Notes: generated by a model not told the origin, from the letters alone. A stretch of 63,412 nucleotides of DNA, filler included, from Octopus bimaculoides (GCF_001194135.2; 10 parts of 7 records of this genome joined end to end with filler, not necessarily neighbours in it), one strand, 5' to 3'. Shown: positions 51,111 to 62,723, counted from the whole stretch's first letter. Translations and numbers: made by a program.

Positions 51111-52627
51111 GAGAGGGAGAGGTAGGGAGCTGGAGGGATAAAGAGGGGCAGATGCAAGCACCAATACACGATCACACAANNNNNNNNNNNNNNNNNNNNN
51201 NNNNNNNNNNNNNNNNNNNNNNNNNNNNNNNNNNNNNNNNNNNNNNNNNNNNNNNNNNNNNNNNNNNNNNNNNNNNNNNNNNNNNNNNNNNNNNNNNNNN
51301 NNNNNNNNNNNNNNNNNNNNNNNNNNNNNNNNNNNNNNNNNNNNNNNNNNNNNNNNNNNNNNNNNNNNNNNNNNNNNNNNNNNNNNNNNNNNNNNNNNNN
51401 NNNNNNNNNNNNNNNNNNNNNNNNNNNNNNNNNNNNNNNNNNNNNNNNNNNNNNNNNNNNNNNNNNNNNNNNNNNNNNNNNNNNNNNNNNNNNNNNNNNN
51501 NNNNNNNNNNNNNNNNNNNNNNNNNNNNNNNNNNNNNNNNNNNNNNNNNNNNNNNNNNNNNNNNNNNNNNNNNNNNNNNNNNNNNNNNNNNNNNNNNNNN
51601 NNNNNNNNNNNNNNNNNNNNNNNNNNNNNNNNNNNNNNNNNNNNNNNNNNNNNNNNNNNNNNNNNNNNNNNNNNNNNNNNNNNNNNNNNNNNNNNNNNNN
51701 NNNNNNNNNNNNNNNNNNNNNNNNNNNNNNNNNNNNNNNNNNNNNNNNNNNNNNNNNNNNNNNNNNNNNNNNNNNNNNNNNNNNNNNNNNNNNNNNNNNN
51801 NNNNNNNNNNNNNNNNNNNNNNNNNNNNNNNNNNNNNNNNNNNNNNNNNNNNNNNNNNNNNNNNNNNNNNNNNNNNNNNNNNNNNNNNNNNNNNNNNNNN
51901 NNNNNNNNNNNNNNNNNNNNNNNNNNNNNNNNNNNNNNNNNNNNNNNNNNNNNNNNNNNNNNNNNNNNNNNNNNNNNNNNNNNNNNNNNNNNNNNNNNNN
52001 NNNNNNNNNNNNNNNNNNNNNNNNNNNNNNNNNNNNNNNNNNNNNNNNNNNNATATATATATATATATACATATATATGTGTCTGTGTTTGTGAGCGCAT
52101 TTATAACAAGACTTTATGGCTAAAAGCCGCCATCTTTTAACATGGCCGTCCGCTTTACGTTCGAGAGCTATCGATTCTGTGTTTACCGCGTATTTTTTTT
52201 TAGTCTTTTTCTCTATTTTTTTAAAACTCTATTTGCTGCAGTCTTTTTTTCTTACTTTCATTTTCATTTTCACTCTCTTCCTTTCTCTGTCTCTGTCTGT
52301 CTCTGTCTCTCTCTCTCTCTGTTCTTCTTTCTTTTGTTTTTTGTTTCTTGCTCGCTTGCTTTCTTTCTGCCTTGCCTTTCGTCACTTTGAGCTCGTTACT
52401 GTTTGTTCATATTGTCGATGATCTTATTTTCATTCGTTAATATATTCAGTGGCTTTTGTTTGCCATCTATCTATCTATCTATCTATCTATCTATTTCCCT
52501 ATGTATCTATATATCTATATATCCATCTGTCTGTCTGTCTGTCTATATATCTATATATCTATCGATGTATCTATCGATCGATGTATCTATCGATCGATCG
52601 ATCTATCTATCTATCTATCTATCCATA

Positions 52628-52660
<33 letters not shown>

Positions 52661-52781
52661 GTATGTTTGTCTGTTGGTTTGTCTATCGATCAGTTTGTCT
52701 GTCAATCTATCAGTTTGTCTAAATATACAGCTCTCTCTCTCTCTCTCACTCTCTCTCTCTCACTCTCTCTCTATTTATGTA

Positions 52782-52876
<95 letters not shown>

Positions 52877-53254
52877 TTTATTTAAAAGCAGCAGAAATAT
52901 AACAAAAGACTGTTACTCTGAGTTTCACGTGTTCCTGTTCATCGGACATTTTCTCATCCGCCTTTGTTCACAACAAAACATTATAATAGACGCCATTTTA
53001 CAGATATTAAAATTGTAACAAAAGATATCCCGAACATTCGGCATTTATTAACAGAAATGTCAAATACATACATACATCATACACATTACAGCTCACACAT
53101 TATACACACATACTATACGCACATACTATACGCATACGAGTCCGAACGGCGTTTAAAATGTGTCGAACACGTGCATACATGCGAACGCGCATACGTAACT
53201 TGTTTTTGCGCGAAGATTAAGAGAGAACGGCACAAACAGAAAAAGGAAATAATT

Positions 53255-53266
53255 ACAAAATAAGAC

Positions 53267-53318
<52 letters not shown>

Positions 53319-53932
53319 TAACAACAACAATAAAAATAAACGTTTCAAATTTTGGAGCAAGGCCAGCAATTTCGGGGGAGAGGGTAAGTCATTTTCATCG
53401 ACCCCCCCCTCCCAGTTCTTTACTGGTACTTATGCTGTCGACCCCCGAAAGGATGAAAGGCAAAGCCGAGTTCGATGGACGTAGAGACGGACGAAATGCC
53501 CTTAAGCGTTTTGCCCGGCGCGCTAACGATTCTACCAGCTCACCACCGTAAAGACAATGATGATGATGATGATCATGATAATAATAATAACAACAACAAC
53601 AACAGCAACAATATGCTGCAACATCTCTTATCCGACACTCGCCGTAGGACGCTGGGTGTGTCTCGGTGAGTGATTGTAACCAACATGCAGATTGGAAGAA
53701 GAAGAAGAAGAAGAAGATGTGATATTTTCGACGTTTATGATTTATAAATATGGAATAAGGTTTGATGGCGATGACGATGTTCATGATGATGATGATGATG
53801 ATGAGGAGGAGGAGGAGGAGGAGGAGGAGGAGGGGAGAAAGGGGAGGAGGTGGTGGAACTATAAGAGAAAGTAGAGTGTAACAATGATCATCGTATTAAA
53901 AATATTAATATTAAGACTAAGAAGAACGTCTA

Positions 53933-53977
<45 letters not shown>

Positions 53978-54118
53978 AAAATGTAATAACAATAATAACA
54001 ATAATAATTGCCGTTTTTATTGGCATAAAATTCTAAAGACGGTGCCACAGAAAGGAAATTCATAGTCACACTGGCACACACCAACATAACAGCAGATATT
54101 ACACGAACAACAACATTG

Positions 54119-54191
<73 letters not shown>

Positions 54192-54266
54192 CAACAACAA
54201 CAACAAGAGTAATTGTAATAATAATTATAAACACACGAACGATGACGACGAACGAAGTTGGTTACG

Positions 54267-54313
<47 letters not shown>

Positions 54314-54365
54314 TCCATCATTAAGAACAAGAGTTAGAATAAAGATTATGATGATAATGATGGTC

Positions 54366-54408
<43 letters not shown>

Positions 54409-54571
54409 CTACGATGACGGCGATGAGGAGGAGGAGGAGGAGGGGAAAATAATGATTATTATGTTGAGTACGTTGATGATGATAATTAGCAGAAAGTGGA
54501 AGAAGAAGAAGAAGAAGAAGAAGAAGAAGAAGAAGAAGAAGAAGAAGAAGAAGAAGAAGAAGAAGAAGAAG
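53255..54571. repeat. Mosaic of trinucleotide microsatellites (AAT, AAC, GAT, GAG, CTA, GAA) interrupted by one SINE
   Basis: Read directly. Source of the homopolymeric ORFs in the track. Confidence 0.95.
53341..53548 (-). mobile_element. SINE family A
   Basis: CGTTTCAAATTTTGGAGCAAGGCCAGCAATTTCGGGGG...GAAAGGATGAAAGGCAAAG...CCCGGCGCGCTAACGATTCTACCAGCTC. Confidence 0.88.
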
Positions 54572-56289
54572 AATGGTGTTTGCCAATTTTTATTTGTAAG
54601 AAAATCTAAAGATGGCGAGAAGAAAGGAAATTGTCAAAAGTCACACGGAAACATGGAGATGAGAACGGCGAATAAGACAAAGGGAAAAAGATGAAGACAA
54701 AATGAAGAAAAAAACAGATGGAGGTGGGAAAGAGGGGGGGAAGAAAATATGCAGAACAACGTCATCGACGGTAAATACTACAGAATTAATCCTCATGACA
54801 ATACTTGCCTCTGTGTGTGTGTGTGTGTGTGTGTGTNNNNNNNNNNNNNNNNNNNNNNNNNNNNNNNNNNNNNNNNNNNNNNNNNNNNNNNNNNNNNNNN
54901 NNNNNNNNNNNNNNNNNNNNNNNNNNNNNNNNNNNNNNNNNNNNNNNNNNNNNNNNNNNNNNNNNNNNNNNNNNNNNNNNNNNNNNNNNNNNNNNNNNNN
55001 NNNNNNNNNNNNNNNNNNNNNNNNNNNNNNNNNNNNNNNNNNNNNNNNNNNNNNNNNNNNNNNNNNNNNNNNNNNNNNNNNNNNNNNNNNNNNNNNNNNN
55101 NNNNNNNNNNNNNNNNNNNNNNNNNNNNNNNNNNNNNNNNNNNNNNNNNNNNNNNNNNNNNNNNNNNNNNNNNNNNNNNNNNNNNNNNNNNNNNNNNNNN
55201 NNNNNNNNNNNNNNNNNNNNNNNNNNNNNNNNNNNNNNNNNNNNNNNNNNNNNNNNNNNNNNNNNNNNNNNNNNNNNNNNNNNNNNNNNNNNNNNNNNNN
55301 NNNNNNNNNNNNNNNNNNNNNNNNNNNNNNNNNNNNNNNNNNNNNNNNNNNNNNNNNNNNNNNNNNNNNNNNNNNNNNNNNNNNNNNNNNNNNNNNNNNN
55401 NNNNNNNNNNNNNNNNNNNNNNNNNNNNNNNNNNNNNNNNNNNNNNNNNNNNNNNNNNNNNNNNNNNNNNNNNNNNNNNNNNNNNNNNNNNNNNNNNNNN
55501 NNNNNNNNNNNNNNNNNNNNNNNNNNNNNNNNNNNNNNNNNNNNNNNNNNNNNNNNNNNNNNNNNNNNNNNNNNNNNNNNNNNNNNNNNNNNNNNNNNNN
55601 NNNNNNNNNNNNNNNNNNNNNNNNNNNNNNNNNNNNNNNNNNNNNNNNNNNNNNNNNNNNNNNNNNNNNNNNNNNNNNNNNNNNNNNNNNNNNNNNNNNN
55701 NNNNNNNNNNNNNNNNNNNNNNNNNNNNNNNNNTATATATATATATATATATATATATATGCAATAAGACGTGCATGATGGAACGATAAAAAAATATACG
55801 TGCTACCGAAATGATGCATATATGCGATGAGATACATAGATAATATATATATCATAGTTACAAGGACGCAATGTTCCCTATAGAAATATGTCGTCCTAGT
55901 AAGTTTTATTAGCAGTATATATCTATATGTATATATGTATGATCATGTACGTATATGTACATATATGTTTATGCATGTATATGCATGTTCGTGTACGGAT
56001 ATGCATATATATATATATGTGGTTGTGTGTGTATATGTAAATATGTATATATATATATATGATATATAAAATGTAATATATATATATATGTATGTATATG
56101 CATATGCATGTAGAAATATAATTAGAAATAACTGTTTGTGCATAATTGCATGTGTAGATATGCATGGAAATATAAATGGTTGCAAATATATATGAACGTG
56201 TATATGTTCATGTGGCTATCAGATGCGCTCTGTATTCATATTGCAATGAATATTTATCAAACTACATATATGCATACACAGGCAGATAG

Positions 56290-56332
<43 letters not shown>

Positions 56333-56432
56333 NNNNNNNNNNNNNNNNNNNNNNNNNNNNNNNNNNNNNNNNNNNNTTAATTAATTAANNNNNNNNNNNN
56401 NNNNNNNNNNNNNNNNNNNNNNNNNNNNNNNN

Positions 56433-57576
56433 GGTTCCGTTGTGAAATATGTTGCAAATGTTTTACCACTAATGGTCATTTACAGACACATAAAAGATTA
56501 CACACAGGGGAAAAACCCTTCCACTGTGAAATATGTGGGAAATGTTTTATCGATAATGGTCATTTAAAGAGACACAAAAGAATACATACAGGAGAAAAAC
56601 GGTTCCACTGTGAAATATGTGGGAAACGTTTTACCTCTAATGCTAATTTAAAGCGACATAAAAGAATACATACAGGAGAAAAACCCTTCCACTGTGAAAC
56701 ATGTGGGAAATGTTTTACTGCTAATTATCTTTTACAGATGCATAAACGAATACATACAGGAGAAAAACCCTTCCACTGTGAAATATGTGGGAAATGTTTT
56801 ACAGCTAGTAGTGCTTTACAGACACATATAAGAATACATACAGGAGAAAACCCCTTCCACTGTGAAATATGTGGGAAATCATTTGGTTGTAGTAGTTCAT
56901 TAAGAAAACACAAACTTGTGCACACTGGGGAAAAACGTTTCCATTGTGAAATATGTAGAAAATGTTTTGCCACTATTACTATTTTAAAGGTACATAAAAG
57001 AATACATACAGGAGAAAAACCCTTCCACTGTGAAATATGTGGGAAATGTTTTACCACTAATAGTCATTTAAAGGAACATAAAAGAACACATACAGGAGAA
57101 AAACCCTTCAGCTGTGAAATATGTGGGGAATCATTTGGTTCTAGTAGTACATTAACAAAACACAAAATTCTGCACACTGGGGAAGGACGTTATCATTGTG
57201 AAATATGTGGGAAATGTTTTATCTGGAATAGTCAGTTAAAGAAACATGAAAGAATTCATACAGGAGAAAAACCCTTCCACTGTGACATTTGTGGGAAATG
57301 TTTTACCTCTAATGGTATTTTAAAGGGACATAAAAGAATACATACAGGAGAAAAACCTTTCCACTGTGACATTTGTGGGAAATGTTTTACCTCTAAAGGT
57401 ATTTTAAAGGGACATAAAAGAATTCATACAGGAGAAAAACCCTTCCACTGTGACATTTGTGGGAAATGTTTTACCTCTAAAGGTATTTTAAAGAGACATA
57501 AAAGAATACACACAGGAGAAAAAACGTTTCCACTGTGAAATATGTGGGAAATGTTTTTCCCGGAGTAGTCATTTAA
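56433..57576 (+). CDS. Tandem C2H2 zinc-finger exon (13 complete fingers + 1 partial), two frameshifts, both ends in gaps; gene or pseudogene
   Basis: Repeated FHCEICGKCFxxxxxLxxHKRIHTGEKP with 84-bp period. 1-bp deletion at ~56726-56730 and an extra A in the run at 57519-57524. Large C2H2-ZNF expansions are established in octopus. Confidence 0.95.
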
Positions 57577-57728
57577 NNNNNNNNNNNNNNNNNNNNNNNN
57601 NNNNNNNNNNNNNNNNNNNNTTAATTAATTAANNNNNNNNNNNNNNNNNNNNNNNNNNNNNNNNNNNNNNNNNNNNTATATATATATAATCAAGGTGGCT
57701 AGTAGTAATTTAAATGCAGCAAGCAAAT

Positions 57729-58146
57729 AATTCACCGTCACTAAAATTGACAAAGGTGACGTGAGCACCAGCATTTCTAGAAATAAAAGCCGTAGACTTC
57801 TCAGTCACAAAAAGCAAATGGCCTCTTTGTATTACTGCTAGCTACCTTGATTATTTTATCATTTTTACATTGCCATTTTGTGAATTTAGTCACTCATTCC
57901 TACGGCATTCTTCATAATATTGAGAGGAGTGAGTTGGCCTCTACCAGTCGTGATGGAGTGAGTATTACTGATGAGTATTAAATTCCTATACGAAATTAGC
58001 ATACTAATCTAATGCATCTCTCTCACAGTGGGGAGGGTTTTCTCCCCTGTCAATACAAAGAGAACATGTGCTAATAAGTCTACAACTTCTATTTTTAGCA
58101 ATGCTGGTACTCCCGGCACCCTTGTCATTGTTAGTGACGGTGAATT
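57729..58146. repeat. ~100-bp imperfect inverted repeat (57729-57833 / 58052-58146) enclosing the hammerhead
   Basis: Terminal 16 bp are perfect (AATTCACCGTCACTAA / TTAGTGACGGTGAATT). About 14 mismatches over ~92 aligned bp by manual count, plus one 13-vs-3 nt internal loop. Confidence 0.9.
57962..58015 (+). ncRNA. Canonical type I hammerhead ribozyme
   Basis: GTATTA (I) CTGATGA, GTAT-TAAATTCCT-ATAC (II), GAAA, TTAG-CATA-CTAA (III), TC (AUC triplet), TAATGC (I). All core residues are present and all helices pair (one G.U). Confidence 0.9.
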
Positions 58147-58509
58147 TCAGAAACTAGCCTGGGGTAGTTAAATGGAGAGTAAGCATCAATATCAATTTCA
58201 TAGCAAGAAAGGTAGTTGTAAGATATATTTAGCAAGGAGAGATGCACACGTTAAGATATTCACACATACGCTCCGATGCGAGGCAACCTAGAATTCACTG
58301 GATAGAGGGATAAAATAGCGACGTTCAATTAATGATATCACACGAGAGAGTAAACGAACAACGATCTGAGTAGTGTAGATGTGTCCTGTATCTTGTATTT
58401 ATTTATAGCAGAGGACGTTTTCATTAATCTTGTCATTTTATTCATTTTATACGAACTTTAATATGTGTATATACATACAAACATACATAAATACATACAT
58501 ATATATCAT

Positions 58510-58815
58510 CATCATCATCGTCATCGCGATCATCATTATCCAGTGTTTTAAATCCGGGTTGTCCCCGTTAACAGGAGTGGCCGGTTCTACCTCAATGCCA
58601 TAGCAACTGAGGTAAGCAGGTGCAGCCCATTCTCCTTTGCTATCATGAGGCTTTTTTGGAGCTGGATTATCTACGGGGAGCATGCCCTTGCTAACCCCAA
58701 CCTCAGTTTCTTGGCATGAGGGGTCCCGAGAGCAAGGCCTCTACGACGTCTTTTGAGGAACGCGGTAGAAAACTAGCTCAGGAAAGCAGGGACGCTACTA
58801 CCTGAGAGGTGTACC
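58510..58815 (-). mobile_element. RTE-related SINE/non-autonomous element with (GAT)n tail
   Basis: Minus strand has GGTTGGGGTTAGCAAGGGCATGC..CCGTAGA and ends AACGGGGACAACCCGGATTTAAAACACTGGATAATGATGAT. Assignment is from remembered motif similarity only. Confidence 0.5.
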
Positions 58816-59546
58816 TAAATACATACATATACATATATATATATATATANNNNNNNNNNNNNNNNNNNNNNNNNNNNNNNNNNNNNNNNNNNNNNNNNNN
58901 NNNNNNNNNNNNNNNNNNNNNNNNNNNNNNNNNNNNNNNNNNNNNNNNNNNNNNNNNNNNNNNNNNNNNNNNNNNNNNNNNNNNNNNNNNNNNNNNNNNN
59001 NNNNNNNNNNNNNNNNNNNNNNNNNNNNNNNNNNNNNNNNNNNNNNNNNNNNNNNNNNNNNNNNNNNNNNNNNNNNNNNNNNNNNNNNNNNNNNNNNNNN
59101 NNNNNNNNNNNNNNNNNNNNNNNNNNNNNNNNNNNNNNNNNNNNNNNNNNNNNNNNNNNNNNNNNNNNNNNNNNNNNNNNNNNNNNNNNNNNNNNNNNNN
59201 NNNNNNNNNNNNNNNNNNNNNNNNNNNNNNNNNNNNNNNNNNNNNNNNNNNNNNNNNNNNNNNNNNNNNNNNNNNNNNNNNNNNNNNNNNNNNNNNNNNN
59301 NNNNNNNNNNNNNNNNNNNNNNNNNNNNNNNNNNNNNNNNNNNNNNNNNNNNNNNNNNNNNNNNNNNNNNNNNNNNNNNNNNNNNNNNNNNNNNNNNNNN
59401 NNNNNNNNNNNNNNNNNNNNNNNNNNNNNNNNNNNNNNNNNNNNNNNNNNNNNNNNNNNNNNNNNNNNNNNNNNNNNNNNNNNNNNNNNNNNNNNNNNNN
59501 NNNNNNNNNNNNNNNNNNNNNNNNATATATATATATATATATGTGA

Positions 59547-59582
<36 letters not shown>

Positions 59583-60699
59583 GTATAGTATAACATAGTC
59601 TTTGTGTACAGTCAGATATATGATGCTATCTGTGAGTTTAGGCCTCCGCGTAGATAATCCTCATCTTGTCTGCTTCCAGTATAATTGTGTTGTTATATAT
59701 AAATAACCACAATGTGGAAACATACGTTAGAAGGAAGTGATATAAAATTTTGCTAATCGTAATTTTTCCTTTTATATCTATACACAGAGATTCACACACA
59801 AACTCACAAACACGCAAACACACGCACATACTCACACACAAACTCACAAACGCGCAAACACACACTCAAGCACATGTTTACAGTTGTCTGTTTATAATCG
59901 TGCTTGCACTGTTCAAGCTGATCTAGCAATTTTATCGACACAAATTCAATGTTTAGATTTTACATTTTTTTTTTTTTTATATTTCCTGTTTTGCTTCTGT
60001 CCTTTTATGAAACTGAAAGAACGACAGATTGATAATGTCGTCATAGATAAAATATTTCTGGTTAAAACACGAATTAATCATAACAGACTGTTGGGTAAAC
60101 AGCAATATCGATAACTACGACGACGTCGACGAACCAACAACAAATTATAATACATTGGTACGGTGAAATTTTAGTTTTCATGCTGTGTATGGCTCTAATG
60201 AGAATTTGAACAGGATTCATTCAAACGTCAGTATTGATATAAGACTTTTCATTCGCAATCTCAGCTACAGATGTTATGTAGCTTCAGGCAACAATTTCCC
60301 TGAAAAACAGCAATTGCTATTTTACCCGGAGCCTAACAACTGCGAAGGTTAAAGAAACAGTGATCTCTTCAACATTTTTGTCATTTTCACAAGAACTTTC
60401 TTTCTATTACACACAGTAATTATTAGCCTAATTTCTATATATTTTCAACAAATACGCCTTTCGTATAATATTTATATTTAATAAGTGATGTGTGTGTGTG
60501 TGTGTNNNNNNNNNNNNNNNNNNNNNNNNNNNNNNNNNNNNNNNNNNNNTTAATTAATTAANNNNNNNNNNNNNNNNNNNNNNNNNNNNNNNNNNNNNNN
60601 NNNNNGCAACTCGAGGGGCTTCCGGTGGTGAAGTCCCCTGCGCATGCGCAGAATAGTACTTTCTCAATGGCGGCTATAATTTCGCACCACTACATGTAT

Positions 60700-61480
60700 C
60701 TGGCAAGGGAGCCAGTCAGGGGTCACTCTCTCCTTAATTAGTTGGGCTATGACCCTCTCCCTGACTTTCATTACCTGATCCAACAACTTGATACCTCTGT
60801 AATTATTTGTATCTAAAGCCTCACCTTTACCTTTGTAACAGTTGACTATGGTGCTGCTACACCAGTCATTGGGTATGACTTTTTCATGTATCACCTGGTT
60901 AACTATACGGATGATTAGGATATGGCCAACACTGCCAGATATTTTGAGCATCCTGATGGGCCAGGGGCTTTCCCTGTCTTCATACTCTTAATTACTTTAT
61001 CTACCATGGTACTGTCAATTAGGATAGCTGGTCCCTCTGTTGGGTCGACATTCAGCAGACTCTCTTTCTCCCATTCATTCTCTTTATTGAGCAACCTTTC
61101 ATAGTGGCGTCTCCAAACCTCTTTCTTTTCAGCCTCGTTTAGTGCAAGTGAACCATCATCTATGCGGTCACATTTCTCTCCTACGACATCACGATTCTCT
61201 CTCACACAAGAAATACCTCAAGTCTTTGGTCCTCATTGGCAAATTTTTTCTTATCTGCTTCCCTTCTTGCTAAATAAACCTGTCTCCTAGCTTCCCTTCT
61301 GGCAGTCTGATACAATTCCCTGCTACCTCTGTTCTTTTAGTCCTTCCAAGTCTGTTTTTTTCTCTAATTGCCCTGTCAATATCATTGTTCCACCACCACG
61401 ATACCTTGGGTCAAGAGGGGACTTTGCACCATCCACAGATCTGGTCAGTGCCTCTCGGCAGGTTGTCCCATAGAAACCTC
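60700..61480 (-). mobile_element. RTE-clade LINE fragment (pre-RT linker and RT N-terminus)
   Basis: WWWNND, KEVWRRHYERLLN, MKTGKAPGPSG, IPNDWCSSTIVNCYKGKG and NYRGIKLL. Confidence 0.92.
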
Positions 61481-61544
61481 AGGTTTATGCATTTGTGTAC
61501 GTTTAAACTAATTAAATATTATTTTGATTAAAACCCTTTCTATC

Positions 61545-62193
61545 ATGGCAGTATCCAAAGAGCATTTGAGGCATATAATGCTTTATGAGTACAAAAAAGG
61601 TAACTCTGCAGCTGAAGCAACTCAAAACATACACTCAGTTTATGGGAAAGAATGCTTGAATGAAAGAAGTTGCAGAAGATGGTTTGCAAAATTCAGAGGT
61701 GGAGATTTCAGCCTTGAAGATGAAGATCGAACAGGACGTCCAGTTGAGTTTGATGATAAGCTCCTTGAGAAAATCCTACATTATCAGTTGAAGAATTGGC
61801 TCAGTTCAAACCATACAACTATTCATCGTCATCTTCAACAACTTGGAAAGGTTCCTAAACTTGGAAAATGGGTGCCTCATGAATTGTCCAAAAGCAACCA
61901 CAAATCCCAAGTTGACATCTACTCTTCTTTCCATTCTTGCAAACTCATTTCACCTTTTTTGGATAGACTTGTGACTGGTAACGAAAAATGGACCTTCTAT
62001 CAGAATTTGAAATGTCGCAAACAGTGGCTTGGTAAAAGAGAAAAAGCTCAACCACAACTGAGAAGGGAACTTCATAGGAAAAACGTTCTTCTCTCTATCT
62101 GGTGGGATTGCAAAGGAGTAATTCACTTTGAATCGTTACCACGTAATGCCACAATTAATGCTCAAGTCTACTGTCAGCAATTAAAGCATTTGA
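61545..62193 (+). mobile_element. Mariner transposase N-terminal two-thirds (defective), cut by a gap
   Basis: HLRHIMLYEYKKG, RWFAKFRGGDFSLEDEDRTGRP, WVPHEL and LVTGNEKW (catalytic D changed to N), LSIWWD. Confidence 0.95.
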
Positions 62194-62311
62194 NNNNNNN
62201 NNNNNNNNNNNNNNNNNNNNNNNNNNNNNNNNNNNNNTTAATTAATTAANNNNNNNNNNNNNNNNNNNNNNNNNNNNNNNNNNNNNNNNNNNNAATAATA
62301 ATAATAATAAT

Positions 62312-62723
62312 AATCCTTTCTATTAGAGGCACAAGGCCTGAAAGGGGGATAATCGATTAGAACGACCCCAGTGCTCAATTGGTACTTTAATTTATCGTCC
62401 CCGAAAGGATGAAAGATAAAGTCAACCTCGGCGGAATTTGAACTCAGAACATAGCGACGGGCGAAACACCGCTAATTATTTCGCCCAGCGTGTTAACGAT
62501 TCTACCAGCTCAGCGCCTTAATAATCCTTTCTACTATAGGCACAAGGCCTGAAATTTAGATACGATCGATCCAGTAGGCAACTGGTACTTATTTAATCGA
62601 CGCCGAAAGGATGAAAGGCAAAGTCGGCCTCGGTGGAATTTGAACTCAGAACGTAACGGCAGACGAAATACCGCTAAGCATACCGCTAAGCATCTCGCCG
62701 CCTTCGCCGTCTTCGCCGTCTTT
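62312..62723 (-). mobile_element. Two head-to-tail SINE family A copies (tail 2)
   Basis: AATCCTTTCTA.TA.AGGCACAAGGCCTGAAA occurs twice, each followed by the family-A body. The copies are joined by AATAAT. Confidence 0.9.

Noticed and set aside
57621-57632. TTAATTAATTAA repeated 9 times at irregular spacing
   Set aside because: Always centred in ~100-nt N blocks and contains stops in all frames: a scaffolding spacer, not biology or a CRISPR-like repeat.
57765-57810. Antisense hammerhead in the fold-back (CTGAGAA...GAAA on the minus strand)
   Set aside because: Core mismatch and stems II/III do not pair, so there is no evidence for an ambisense viroid-like design.
58640-58815. HDV-like ribozyme at the 5' end of the RTE-related element
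   Set aside because: Hairpins exist but I could not build the nested double pseudoknot (no P1.1 GG, no G.U at P1, no CGAA-type J4/2).
61524-62249. 241-aa uninterrupted mariner ORF as an active or domesticated (SETMAR-like) gene
   Set aside because: First catalytic Asp is Asn (TGNEKW); the second HTH is garbled by compensating deletions (ENPTLSVEELA is out of frame); no SET domain seen; the end is a gap artefact.
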